53,523 nucleotides of DNA from a virus. Positions 18,297 through 27,159 of this stretch are shown here, in pieces (positions within the stretch are counted from its first letter, which is position 1; every line of letters starts with the position of its first letter). The translations under genes and the position numbers were made by a program. The stretch spans positions 1-53,523 of the IMG/VR virus record IMGVR_UViG_3300029825_000389; one strand, given 5' to 3'. Below the pieces are notes generated by a model. The model was given only the letters and a program-made list of their open reading frames with translations. It was not told the origin of the DNA and made no database searches.

Positions 18297-18522
18297 ACAT
18301 CCCTGCTAAATTAGAAAGTTTATAAAATGTAGGCCATGGGTCTACGGCATTTTCACTTGCACTGCAATGGCGGTTACAATCATAGCACGCATTAGGCACG
18401 TTCTCTTTTTTATCCCAATTGGTAAGTATAAATTCTCTTAAGTGCCTAAAAATACATTCAAGTTCATTTTTATTTAACTGCCCTTGAATTTCTTGGGCAG
18501 CTTCTTTTTTATTTTTATTCAT
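18235..18522 (-). CDS. 95-aa Cys-containing protein B1 (unknown family), paralog of 43266..43544; convergent with A1 and overlapping it by 62 nt
   Basis: Shared L.C....L..FI...C..C....C...F..L..L.G pattern with B2. Confidence 0.55.
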   Translation of the reverse strand: MNKNKKEAAQEIQGQLNKNELECIFRHLREFILTNWDKKENVPNACYDCNRHCSASENAVDPWPTFYKLSNLAGMSKNEVVQEPLNKQDNGHIDL

Positions 18523-18553
18523 ATTTTTCCTCCTATATTAAAAAGCCTCCTGG

Positions 18554-19531
18554 TTAAAGGATGCTTAATTGTATTTCTTTGTTTAATTTTTTAAGTTCGT
18601 TATCTAAATATTTCTCTATGTTCTTAACTGTGCAAGGTATTCTTATAAGTGGTATGTTATGTGCTAAACAATAATTTGTTTTTATCGCATCATTATGTTG
18701 CGTTCTTTTAAGAGTTTTTATACCGCCAAAATGTGCTACAGCTTCTTTGTGTTGTTGTCCATCATACTCTATTAAAGCTGTTAGTTTGTTTTTATTAAAT
18801 ATTGCAAAGTCAAAAGGTAATTGTTTCTTATTAACACACCCTTTAATTCTGAACTGTCTTTTAAATTGAATGTTATTATGTTGCAAATATTCAGTTACAA
18901 TACGTTCTCCGTGGCTTTCATCACATTTTGGGCATCTACTATTAAAATATAAAAACCTTTTAGGTGTTACTTCCCATTCTGTACCACATTTATTATGTTT
19001 CATTTTAATCTTTGTAGTATTCTTTATATAACGCCCCATTACTGTATATTCTGTGCCTACTTTTTCAAAAACATCTTTTAAAAAGGTTTCATGAGTTTTT
19101 CTCAATTTTTTACCAATAGCTTGTGGTGCACATTTAGGGCACCTTGCTGATTTCGTAATAAAATCGTTAGGTGTAATATCCCAAATGGTATTACATTTAC
19201 AATGCCTCATAGCAATTTTTTTATGTGCTCCTTTATATTCACCCATGACTTCATATTCGTTGCCTGTAAGGATATATACCTCTTTCTTAAAAGTTTCAAT
19301 GGTTTTCATTTGTCTTTTACGGTCTATTTCAGCCTTGCATATAGGGCATCTTGAAGGATATTTTGATTTTAAAAAATTATTAGGTATTACTTCAAATATA
19401 TTATTACAAATATTATGTTTCATTTTAATTCTTCTTGCAGTGTTTATATATTTACCAATTACCTCATATTCATTACCAACTAAATTGTAAACTTGTTGTA
19501 CAAATTCTTCATGCGTTTTTCTCTTAACCAT
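18554..19531 (-). CDS. Free-standing homing-endonuclease-like protein: three zinc-ribbon repeats plus a PD-(D/E)xK (Vsr/DUF559-like) domain
   Basis: Same repeat type (KHNxCN...RCPxC) and C-terminus (LPFDFAIF...IEYDGQQH) as 13231..14523. Interrupts the tube-chaperone junction. Confidence 0.65.
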   Translation of the reverse strand: MVKRKTHEEFVQQVYNLVGNEYEVIGKYINTARRIKMKHNICNNIFEVIPNNFLKSKYPSRCPICKAEIDRKRQMKTIETFKKEVYILTGNEYEVMGEYKGAHKKIAMRHCKCNTIWDITPNDFITKSARCPKCAPQAIGKKLRKTHETFLKDVFEKVGTEYTVMGRYIKNTTKIKMKHNKCGTEWEVTPKRFLYFNSRCPKCDESHGERIVTEYLQHNNIQFKRQFRIKGCVNKKQLPFDFAIFNKNKLTALIEYDGQQHKEAVAHFGGIKTLKRTQHNDAIKTNYCLAHNIPLIRIPCTVKNIEKYLDNELKKLNKEIQLSIL

Positions 19532-19574
19532 TAATAACCACCCCTTAAATTAATTATACATCATTAGTCATTTA

Positions 19575-19636
19575 CTTTCAAGTACTTGCCTAATTAAATA
19601 AGTTGATTTCATTTACTAATTGTAATATAATATAAT
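19575..19636. promoter_or_regulatory. Divergent consensus promoters for the endonuclease (minus) and the RHH gene (plus)
   Basis: Minus strand: TTGAAA (plus 19575-80), 17 nt, TATAAT. Plus strand: TTGATT (19602-07), 18 nt, TATAAT (19626-31). Confidence 0.5.
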
Positions 19637-19651
19637 AAAGAGGTGATAAAA

Positions 19652-19810
19652 ATGTTAAGTAAAGATAAAGTTCAAATATCTGTTACGCTCCCAAAAGCAG
19701 TAGTTAAATTACTTGATGAACAAGCCAAAAGTCAACTAAGAACTCGCTCAATGGAAGTTGCTAAAATCATAATGGACTATTTTAAAGAGCAAAAAGAAAA
19801 ACAAATATAG
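19652..19810 (+). CDS. 52-aa ribbon-helix-helix protein
   Basis: MLSKDKVQISVTLPKAVVKLLDEQAKSQLRTRSMEVAKIIMDYFKEQKEKQI shows a beta-strand followed by two helices. SD gaggtgata. Confidence 0.6.
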   Translation: MLSKDKVQISVTLPKAVVKLLDEQAKSQLRTRSMEVAKIIMDYFKEQKEKQI

Positions 19811-19829
19811 TTAATCTGTAGTTGTTTTT

Positions 19830-20288
19830 TTATGCTGTTATTGTTGATGGGTCGATAGTATCTAAGGCTTCAGCCGTCTCGAAAGTAAAGGGAATTGATT
19901 CTGTTCCTAGCTTACCACTTGACCAATCAATAAGTGTTAATTCATCAAACTTTACCCCACCTAATTTAATACGTTCTGTTCCCCCATTGCCAGGATCAGT
20001 TAATTTAGATATAAGCGTACACGGTTTCTCTATTCCATTATTCATATTATCCATTAATAGCAAAATAAATCTTGAACTAACTTTATTCGCAACAAGAGTT
20101 CCTGAACCATCCCATCCCACTTTTTTATATTTTTTGGAATTTGTTCCACACATTGGTACTTCAACTTTATTAGCTTTCATTTTAGCTTGGACACTTGTAG
20201 CCTCAAATAATTGCTCATCATCCAGAAAAACCGTACCATTATTACCATAGATCGTCTTTTCTTCATTATAATAGCCTGTTCTATTCAT
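19830..20288 (-). CDS. Tail tube protein (XkdM-like)
   Basis: Position after the sheath gene; size. Confidence 0.7.
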   Translation of the reverse strand: MNRTGYYNEEKTIYGNNGTVFLDDEQLFEATSVQAKMKANKVEVPMCGTNSKKYKKVGWDGSGTLVANKVSSRFILLLMDNMNNGIEKPCTLISKLTDPGNGGTERIKLGGVKFDELTLIDWSSGKLGTESIPFTFETAEALDTIDPSTITA

Positions 20289-20303
20289 GCCTTACACCTC
20301 CTT

Positions 20304-21389
20304 CTAAACTGCCACTGCGAATTGAATGTCTTCCATAGCATCTATTTCCTTAATTGATGCACCTATAAATACTTTTTCATCTGTATCTGCTTCTTTTATT
20401 TCCTGTTCTGTCATTTCATCAACTGTTTTACCGTCTGTAGTTGTATAATTTATAGATTTTAAATAGGCTGTTTGTGCTGCAACGTCTATATACACTTTAC
20501 TTGTATCTTTCTGCAATAGTCCTTGAAGTTCCATTTGCTCAAAATAAATTTGAATTGCACTATTTAAAAGCACTTTATGGTCATAATCATTAGGTATTTT
20601 TCCTATATAACTATCTTCTATAGTGCAAGTTATATCGTATTTTGCTTGATCCATAATATCTATTAATTTTATCTTTTTAAACTTATACCCCTTGGTGTCT
20701 GTGGTAGTTATTAAACTATTTACTGCCTTTGCAATTTTAACTTTTCTACCATCATTTATAACTATTAGCTTACCCTCATCAATGGCAGTGGCTGCATCAG
20801 TTTTTGCTAAATGGTCACAATCAGTTATTTCTGAAAGTGGCGCATAAGTAGCACTAATAGTTAACGGTGTGCTTGCAAGTAAACCCGCAATTCTAGCACA
20901 ATATTGTTTTGCAGTATAAGTATTTCCTCCAACCTTCAAATTAGATGAAGCAAAATTTATTATCCCTTCGTAATCCCCTGCACAGTTTGGTAATACTGAT
21001 TTAACAGGCTTATTTAAGTTATCTCTTAAACTCTTTTCCCATGCTTTAAATACATCTACTTCAGTATCTGCAATATCAGGAAAAGCGAAATAGTTCCATG
21101 ATATCGTCTCTAGATATTTTTGTGCGGCTGTATAATCTGTAGTAGCTGCAGTTACTACATAAGCAATAACTTGTTTTGGCGGCTTTTCATAACCTTCAAA
21201 AGCTAAAGTTAGTTGTTCTTGATTTGCGTCAGTTAATGTTTTCGGTACATCTGTAACAGTATTCATAACAATAGGATTAGTAGTGGGAACAGTGTCCTTT
21301 AATAATACAGCTACTATACCTCTTTCCCCTCTTGCTATTGCAGTAGAACCTAATTGTTGAAATATTATATTCAGCGAAGGCAACCCCAT
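20304..21389 (-). CDS. Contractile tail sheath protein (XkdK-like)
   Basis: Size and position upstream of the tube gene. Confidence 0.8.
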   Translation of the reverse strand: MGLPSLNIIFQQLGSTAIARGERGIVAVLLKDTVPTTNPIVMNTVTDVPKTLTDANQEQLTLAFEGYEKPPKQVIAYVVTAATTDYTAAQKYLETISWNYFAFPDIADTEVDVFKAWEKSLRDNLNKPVKSVLPNCAGDYEGIINFASSNLKVGGNTYTAKQYCARIAGLLASTPLTISATYAPLSEITDCDHLAKTDAATAIDEGKLIVINDGRKVKIAKAVNSLITTTDTKGYKFKKIKLIDIMDQAKYDITCTIEDSYIGKIPNDYDHKVLLNSAIQIYFEQMELQGLLQKDTSKVYIDVAAQTAYLKSINYTTTDGKTVDEMTEQEIKEADTDEKVFIGASIKEIDAMEDIQFAVAV

Positions 21390-21393
21390 AAAA

Positions 21394-21855
21394 TCATCTC
21401 CTTGTTATATTAAAGTTAATTTCACCCATAGTTTTAGTTGGGTGGGTTTCGTCATAATCTTGTCTAGTACCATAAGTTGTATCTAATTTCAATTGAAGAA
21501 ATATATCTTTATCACTTGTATAATCAATATTTGTTTTTAATAAATGTGCAAATTTATCTCCAAATTTAACACCCTGGCTGCACATAAAGGCATGTTTCAA
21601 AGTATCAATAACATTGGCTTGATCTGCTTTATTTGCTATGTTTTCATACTTGTCTAATGGACTAAAATAGTCTATCTGGATTATTGAATCAGTGTTATAG
21701 GTCCATCTATTCATTGGCGTATCCAAATCACTAATTCTGTAAATAAAGAAAGAAGGCCTCTCAAAACCTTCTTTCTCTTCAATTTCATCTATATATATAG
21801 TGTATTCAAATTTACCAGCTATAACTGCGGCTATAGCGTTTATTAGTTCATCCAT
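21394..21855 (-). CDS. Tail completion / terminator-type protein
   Basis: Operon position. Confidence 0.5.
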   Translation of the reverse strand: MDELINAIAAVIAGKFEYTIYIDEIEEKEGFERPSFFIYRISDLDTPMNRWTYNTDSIIQIDYFSPLDKYENIANKADQANVIDTLKHAFMCSQGVKFGDKFAHLLKTNIDYTSDKDIFLQLKLDTTYGTRQDYDETHPTKTMGEINFNITRR

Positions 21856-21858
21856 AAA

Positions 21859-22221
21859 TTACACCCTACTAAATAATTCATCTACCCATCTGTTAATTTC
21901 AGCATCCATTTGTGGCTCTGCGGCTTGAAGCCCCTTTTCCATATAATGCTGGCCTTTTACAAATCCACCATTACGTGTTTTATGTCCATAGTTTACAGCC
22001 TCTGCATAGGGAGCTTCAGCACCCGGTCCTACTTCACTTGTACTTGGATTAATTATTTTATGAGTAATAGATCTTTTTAACGTTCCGGTTAGGACTGGAG
22101 TTACTGATTTTATATTACCTTCAGCTATATTAGTTATTACCTCTAATTCCTTTTCTTTTCCATTATTAAAATCGTCTGCTATTTTTGATAACTTATTCTT
22201 AAATGATTCAAAATCATCCAT
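21859..22221 (-). CDS. HK97 gp10-family head-tail joining protein
   Basis: LTGTLKRSI motif; position. Confidence 0.6.
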   Translation of the reverse strand: MDDFESFKNKLSKIADDFNNGKEKELEVITNIAEGNIKSVTPVLTGTLKRSITHKIINPSTSEVGPGAEAPYAEAVNYGHKTRNGGFVKGQHYMEKGLQAAEPQMDAEINRWVDELFSRV

Positions 22222-22537
22222 TGTCGCCTACTACCTCCTTACACATTAATTCCATATGGTCATCCCATGGTATTATTGCATTAACTAAATAATTTATCTT
22301 TTCAGAATTATCCTTTAACACGCTACCCATTTTTATATTTGTATCCACATCTGTAAAAAGCCTTTTAGTACATTCCTCATCAAGTCCATATTCCTTTTTT
22401 AAAAGTTCTGAAGAATAAGGTTGTATATCTACATTTATATCTTTTACAAAGGCATCTGAACCTTTGACCCATACATTGTTAGTTCCCTTATGCCCTGCTA
22501 TTGTATTCCATAAATCTAAATTTTTATTATAAAACAT
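22214..22537 (-). CDS. Head closure / head-tail adaptor protein
   Basis: Operon position and size. Confidence 0.5.
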   Translation of the reverse strand: MFYNKNLDLWNTIAGHKGTNNVWVKGSDAFVKDINVDIQPYSSELLKKEYGLDEECTKRLFTDVDTNIKMGSVLKDNSEKINYLVNAIIPWDDHMELMCKEVVGDNG

Positions 22538-22538
22538 A

Positions 22539-22865
22539 TCACCCCATCATCCTAACATAAGGCAAAGGTAACAGAGAAGTTACATTCTCACTTAACCCAT
22601 TTTGGGTAGTGCCGTAAGTTATACTTCTTGACCCCTGCGTAAACTGTTTGATACCTTCATTGCCTTTCTTTTGAAACTGCTCCATTACATAGGCAATTAC
22701 CGCATCCGGATAATTTGCTTCAATTGATGCATTATTTAAACCATTATTAAGATATTTTGAAATAGATGTATCTGCTCTACGGATATAAATGTTTAATATA
22801 CCATCCTGAGATATATCATCAATAGGTATATTTTTAAGTGTTTTTATATCATCTAAAACCGCCAT
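22539..22865 (-). CDS. gp6-like head-tail connector protein
   Basis: The N-terminal DDIK..L.I style and position match the connector family. Confidence 0.55.
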   Translation of the reverse strand: MAVLDDIKTLKNIPIDDISQDGILNIYIRRADTSISKYLNNGLNNASIEANYPDAVIAYVMEQFQKKGNEGIKQFTQGSRSITYGTTQNGLSENVTSLLPLPYVRMMG

Positions 22866-22873
22866 AATTTCAC

Positions 22874-23047
22874 CTACTCTACTTCAATAATTTTTTTCGA
22901 TTTAAATTTATCTAAATCTTTATCTGCAATTTCAATACGGTCTCCTACTTTACAAATATCAGTCCCATATTTTATGCACTTTAAAAGTTTATATGTTTTC
23001 TTTTCAACTGGTTTTACTTCTGGATTAGCCTCGGCCATTATAATCAT
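22874..23047 (-). CDS. 57-aa hypothetical protein
   Basis: Short ORF MIIMAEANPEVKPVEKKTYKLLKCIKYGTDICKVGDRIEIADKDLDKFKSKKIIEVE; weak SD. Confidence 0.3.
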   Translation of the reverse strand: MIIMAEANPEVKPVEKKTYKLLKCIKYGTDICKVGDRIEIADKDLDKFKSKKIIEVE

Positions 23048-23218
23048 TCCGTTACGTAAAACTTATAAAACTCTATAAAAACTTTATAAAAGTTAATGTT
23101 CACTTCCTCATTCAATGTGTCCGATTTTACCTAAGCTACTTTCGTTTGCTATAACACTCCAAAGGCATAAATTCGGATGTAAACTCACCCTACATATTAG
23201 TAGTATCTTTTAAAATGA

Positions 23219-24376
23219 TTAAACTACTAATTTATATCTTGATAAATTGATACTTGCTTGAAAATCTCTATCCATAACATTTCCACATTCACATTTATAT
23301 ACTCTATCTGAAAGTTTTAAATCTTTCTTAATAGCTCCACAACATGAACATAGTTTTGATGATGGAAACCACCTATCTGCTTCTACAAATTCAATTCCAT
23401 ATCTTTCAGATTTATATTTAATCATAGTTTTGAATTTATCTAATCCTTGTTGTGCTATTGCTTTAGATAAATGTCGATTTTTCATCATGCCTTTAACGTT
23501 TAGACATTCCATGACTATCCTTGACGGCTTGTTTCTCACTATCTTAGTAGACTCTTCATGTCTATAATTGGTACGAATGTTTGCAAGTTTTATATGCAAT
23601 TTAACAATTTCTTTTTCAAGTTTTATAATATTGCTTGTTTTTACGTAACTTTCTCCTTTCTTATTTTTAATATATTTTCTTGATACTCTGCGTTGCAATC
23701 TACGCATTTTCTTTTCTAATTTCTTAACTCTATGCGTTTTGTTAATATTTTTAGATACAATACCATTGCTACATATTGCTAAATCTTTTACCCCAACGTC
23801 TATTCCAATACTCTCTGTAGTTAATTCAGGCTTAATATCCTCAATCTCAACCCCAACAGATATATACCAATTCATACCGTCAAAACTAACCCTTGGATTG
23901 ATATATTTGACATCTGTAGGTATTCTATTTTTTTCAGAAAGTTTAACCCAATTAAGTTTTTGCTTATTCTTCTTTTTGCTACTTGCAAAACCTTCAAACT
24001 TAACATGAGTTGCAGTAAATTGAATTTTATCAGTATCTTGATAAAATTTAGGTGGTGAATGTTTTTTACTTTTAAATTTTGGTCTTTTAGCTAAACCTTT
24101 AAAAAATCTTTTATAAGCTTCACAAGCATCTTTTATGGCTTGTTTAGACACGTTGTTACTAATATTGTTTAGCCATTTATATTGTTGTTGTTTCTTTAAT
24201 TGAGTAAGTTCTTTTCTTAAATCACCATCATTAATAAACTTCCCACCATTTTTATAATTTTCCTCTTGTTTTGCAAGTGTCCAGTTATAAATAAATCTAG
24301 CTGTACCTGCATATTGAAATAATTTAGTTTTTTGTTTATTGTTAGGCTCTAATCTAACTTTAATCCCCTGTATCAT
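23219..24376 (-). CDS. tnpB: TnpB (OrfB) RNA-guided nuclease, second and divergent copy
   Basis: KVRLEPNNKQKTKLFQYAGTARFIYNW..., GIDVGVK, and the C-terminal CSCCG...CECG zinc ribbon. Confidence 0.9.
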   Translation of the reverse strand: MIQGIKVRLEPNNKQKTKLFQYAGTARFIYNWTLAKQEENYKNGGKFINDGDLRKELTQLKKQQQYKWLNNISNNVSKQAIKDACEAYKRFFKGLAKRPKFKSKKHSPPKFYQDTDKIQFTATHVKFEGFASSKKKNKQKLNWVKLSEKNRIPTDVKYINPRVSFDGMNWYISVGVEIEDIKPELTTESIGIDVGVKDLAICSNGIVSKNINKTHRVKKLEKKMRRLQRRVSRKYIKNKKGESYVKTSNIIKLEKEIVKLHIKLANIRTNYRHEESTKIVRNKPSRIVMECLNVKGMMKNRHLSKAIAQQGLDKFKTMIKYKSERYGIEFVEADRWFPSSKLCSCCGAIKKDLKLSDRVYKCECGNVMDRDFQASINLSRYKLVV

Positions 24377-24400
24377 ATTTACACCTCCCTTTCTAAATTT

Positions 24401-24452
24401 ATTATATCACAATGTCCAAGGACTTGCAAGGACTATTCTAATATAATATACT
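24401..24452. promoter_or_regulatory. Back-to-back promoters sharing a palindromic -35 TTGCAA (24424-24429)
   Basis: Minus strand: TTGCAA, 17 nt, TATAAT (plus 24401-06), driving tnpB. Plus strand: TTGCAA, 17 nt, TATACT (24447-52), driving the RHH gene. Direct repeats AAGGACT at 24418-24 and 24428-34. Confidence 0.6.
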
Positions 24453-24469
24453 ATTTTTGAGGTGATAAC

Positions 24470-24628
24470 ATGGCTAACAAAGATTTAAAAAATAGAACTC
24501 CTTTTTCAAATGCAGTTAATACCGAATTACTCAATAAACTAAAAGTTTATTCTAAAGAAACTGGAATACCAATTTCAAAACTATTAGATAAAGCAATAGA
24601 GTTATTTCTGAAGTCTACTAGAAAATAG
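24470..24628 (+). CDS. 52-aa ribbon-helix-helix protein, paralog of 1048..1200
   Basis: MANKDLKNRTPFSNAVNTELLNKLKVYSKETGIPISKLLDKAIELFLKSTRK. The upstream string atatactatttttgaggtgata is shared with element 1. Confidence 0.65.
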   Translation: MANKDLKNRTPFSNAVNTELLNKLKVYSKETGIPISKLLDKAIELFLKSTRK

Positions 24629-24697
24629 TAGGCTTTTATAATTTCTTATAAGTTTTCTTTAACTGTTACCAGCCTTCCTAAATTAATTAGTCCACTT

Positions 24698-25738
24698 TTA
24701 TGCTATCGTCCCTATAAATACGCTGTCTATTGCTTCAAAACTTGGTAAAGCCACCATTGAAGCTTTTGTTAATACATTTACTGGATCAGTCTTCTTAATG
24801 GTTGTAATTGCGACACCTGTGTTTACAATTTCAACACTTGCGTTACTACCTGCCATAAGATCACTTTCTTCCGGGGTCGTACCATAATAAGTATTACCAA
24901 GATTTCCATCTGGAATAAGTGTGAATGTTTCATCCGGGAAGAATAACGTTGCAACTCCTGCACGAGTGAGGAACTTTTTATTATATACAGCAACATTTAT
25001 ATCAAGTTTGTCAAACAAGTAAGTTTTAAGCATTGCATCAGTAAGGATTATATTCTGACCACTTGTAACATTCATATCAAGTTTAATTTTTTGGTTATGA
25101 AGTAGATAGTTCCAAGTCTTCCTTGTGCATATTCCACCTGTAGGTCTTACTCCTGTATCATCCTCAATTGTATCCTGCCATCTTTTAATGTCTTCAATAG
25201 GATCTGAATTTACATAATCACTCCACTTTGCAGTTGTTAAAAGTATCTCTTTGTGAGAACTTTTAAACTTATAATCATAGTTATAAGCTTGCCTGTTCGC
25301 TGAAATACCAATCAAACCAGTTGAAAGTAACTGCATCCTCATTCTCTCTGCTGTTACATCTGCACTATTAACGAGATTCGCACCATCAGCATATATTCTT
25401 TGGATAATAGGCATAATATAAGCAGCATTTGCGGCACCCATGGCTTTATTAATTTCAATCCTGTCTCTCTCTTTAATAAGAAAACCATCTTTAAAAAATG
25501 GCATTTCGGTTTCTATTTTGTCTACTCCGATTCTGTTTCTTATAGTTGTTTCTGTATCAAATGCTGCAGGACTTAATTCAACTGGCAAACCGTCAGAACC
25601 TTTGAACCAACTAAGATCTATTCCGAGTTGTTTCTGTGGTGGAAATAAAGTTGCGCCTAAATATGGTATTTTGTTTGAACCTACTGTACTCCAATATGTT
25701 GCTATTTCTTTTGGGTTCACTAAATCAAAAACATTCAT
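24698..25738 (-). CDS. Major capsid protein (phage capsid E-like family)
   Basis: The N-terminus MNVFDLVNPKEIATYW...YLGATLFP... is typical of the E-like capsid family; position. Confidence 0.8.
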   Translation of the reverse strand: MNVFDLVNPKEIATYWSTVGSNKIPYLGATLFPPQKQLGIDLSWFKGSDGLPVELSPAAFDTETTIRNRIGVDKIETEMPFFKDGFLIKERDRIEINKAMGAANAAYIMPIIQRIYADGANLVNSADVTAERMRMQLLSTGLIGISANRQAYNYDYKFKSSHKEILLTTAKWSDYVNSDPIEDIKRWQDTIEDDTGVRPTGGICTRKTWNYLLHNQKIKLDMNVTSGQNIILTDAMLKTYLFDKLDINVAVYNKKFLTRAGVATLFFPDETFTLIPDGNLGNTYYGTTPEESDLMAGSNASVEIVNTGVAITTIKKTDPVNVLTKASMVALPSFEAIDSVFIGTIA

Positions 25739-25760
25739 TATTTAATCACTTGCCTTTCAA

Positions 25761-26171
25761 TTATTTTATAAACAGAACTCTGCCTTTTAAAGCCGTAACT
25801 GCATCAGCCACTGGTACAGCTGGTAAATTGTCTAAACCTATAAAACCATGTATAACCATTGACCCACTTGCTGGACCATATGTGACATCAACGTCTTCTA
25901 AAAGCACACCTTCCGCGTCCACTCCTGCACCTGCCGTACCAGTAGCTCCACCTTGAGTATTATGCTCAGTAGCTTTAATAGTGTCATTTGCTAATATAGC
26001 ATTTGCTCCGCCTGTTCCACCTATAATAGTTCCTGCTGATACAATCTTTTTTCCATCTGAATTAGCTGTAATTCCTGTATCATCTACAGTTACACCAATT
26101 GCAACAAAATGGTTAGAAAACTTAAGTATATCCTTTGAACTTAAATAGTTAGTTGTTACAAATTTACTCAT
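25761..26171 (-). CDS. Capsid-associated / head decoration-type protein
   Basis: Lies between the scaffold and capsid genes; G/T/A-rich. Confidence 0.45.
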   Translation of the reverse strand: MSKFVTTNYLSSKDILKFSNHFVAIGVTVDDTGITANSDGKKIVSAGTIIGGTGGANAILANDTIKATEHNTQGGATGTAGAGVDAEGVLLEDVDVTYGPASGSMVIHGFIGLDNLPAVPVADAVTALKGRVLFIK

Positions 26172-26186
26172 TTTATTACCCCCATT

Positions 26187-26822
26187 TTATTTAAAATAAG
26201 ATTCTCTAGCCTGTTCTAAGTTAGTATTCGTTTTTGCCATATTGTCAGCTATCTGTTTTGCATAACCACCAGTTGGCTTGTCTCCGCCATTTGGATCTCC
26301 ACCTGGTGTATACATATTACCCTTAATAAAGTCAGCCTTTAAAGCTTCATCATGTGTCTTAAATATATTTTCAAGTGAAGCCAATGCACTATTGGCTTTA
26401 GTTTCATCTTCATTTACAACAAAGTCTACAAGTTCACTGGGGAGTTTCTTTTCGGTAAGTGTCTTTAACGCTGAACTTTTAACTTTTTCAATTTTTGATT
26501 CTTTCTGCATTTGTGCAAGTTGTTTTGTTAATTTTTCAACCTCGGGATTTTTACTTTCATCTTCTGGATGCTTTTTTAAGTATTCTTCATCAATTAGCTT
26601 TTGCAGATTATCTTTTTTAAAATTTTCTACAGCTGTATTAGCACTCTTTTGCGCAAAATTATTAATAAAGTTTTTACCTTCATCATTTTCAGATAGAAAT
26701 TTTTTAACTCCATCAATTTTTATCTCTGGATCTGTTGGCTTTAACCCCTTGATATAGATTGTAAGAGCATCCCCGCCTTTTGCGGCTTCCGTATTTAATG
26801 CTTGTATTTCTTCACTTGTCAT
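26187..26822 (-). CDS. Scaffolding protein
   Basis: Charged helical protein upstream of the capsid genes. Start reset to ATG 26822 behind SD ggaggt. Confidence 0.6.
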   Translation of the reverse strand: MTSEEIQALNTEAAKGGDALTIYIKGLKPTDPEIKIDGVKKFLSENDEGKNFINNFAQKSANTAVENFKKDNLQKLIDEEYLKKHPEDESKNPEVEKLTKQLAQMQKESKIEKVKSSALKTLTEKKLPSELVDFVVNEDETKANSALASLENIFKTHDEALKADFIKGNMYTPGGDPNGGDKPTGGYAKQIADNMAKTNTNLEQARESYFK

Positions 26823-26872
26823 ATTTTTTACCTCCAATTTTCTACAAAATAAAAAAGCCTTATTCCTAAGAC

Positions 26873-27157
26873 TTATGTATTTGCAATCTCTTTGTTTATT
26901 TTTTCAACTATTTCATCACATACTTTATCAATATCAGTTTCACAATTTATCTGTATGTTATGGTTAAAATTTGGACTTGAATTATCTTCTCTTCCTATAA
27001 TAAAAGCTGAGAAAAAGCCATTACTCTGTTGATATTGGATTTCAACTTTCAATCCTGCATTTTGCATCAGATTTATTAACGTATTTACATTGTTATAGAA
27101 TTCATTCGCTTTATCTAAACTACAATAATTGTGAGCTGTTTGAATTATTTTCCCCAT
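26873..27157 (-). CDS. Hypothetical protein
   Basis: ORF in an operon position. Confidence 0.5.
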   Translation of the reverse strand: MGKIIQTAHNYCSLDKANEFYNNVNTLINLMQNAGLKVEIQYQQSNGFFSAFIIGREDNSSPNFNHNIQINCETDIDKVCDEIVEKINKEIANT

Positions 27158-27159
27158 TA

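Larger units (their letters stand above)
23048..24697 (-). mobile_element. tnpB element 2 (tnpB plus a divergent RHH gene) inserted between the major capsid and connector genes
   Basis: A two-gene insert interrupts an otherwise contiguous head operon. Ends are not defined; AT-rich ttataa-type repeats lie at both flanks. Confidence 0.5.

Noticed and set aside
23056-24665. Terminal inverted repeats for tnpB element 2 (aaaacttataa...tataaaag at both flanks)
   Set aside because: The matches rest on the palindromic, AT-only motif TTATAA in low-complexity DNA, so direct versus inverted orientation cannot be told apart. This is not strong enough to define the ends.
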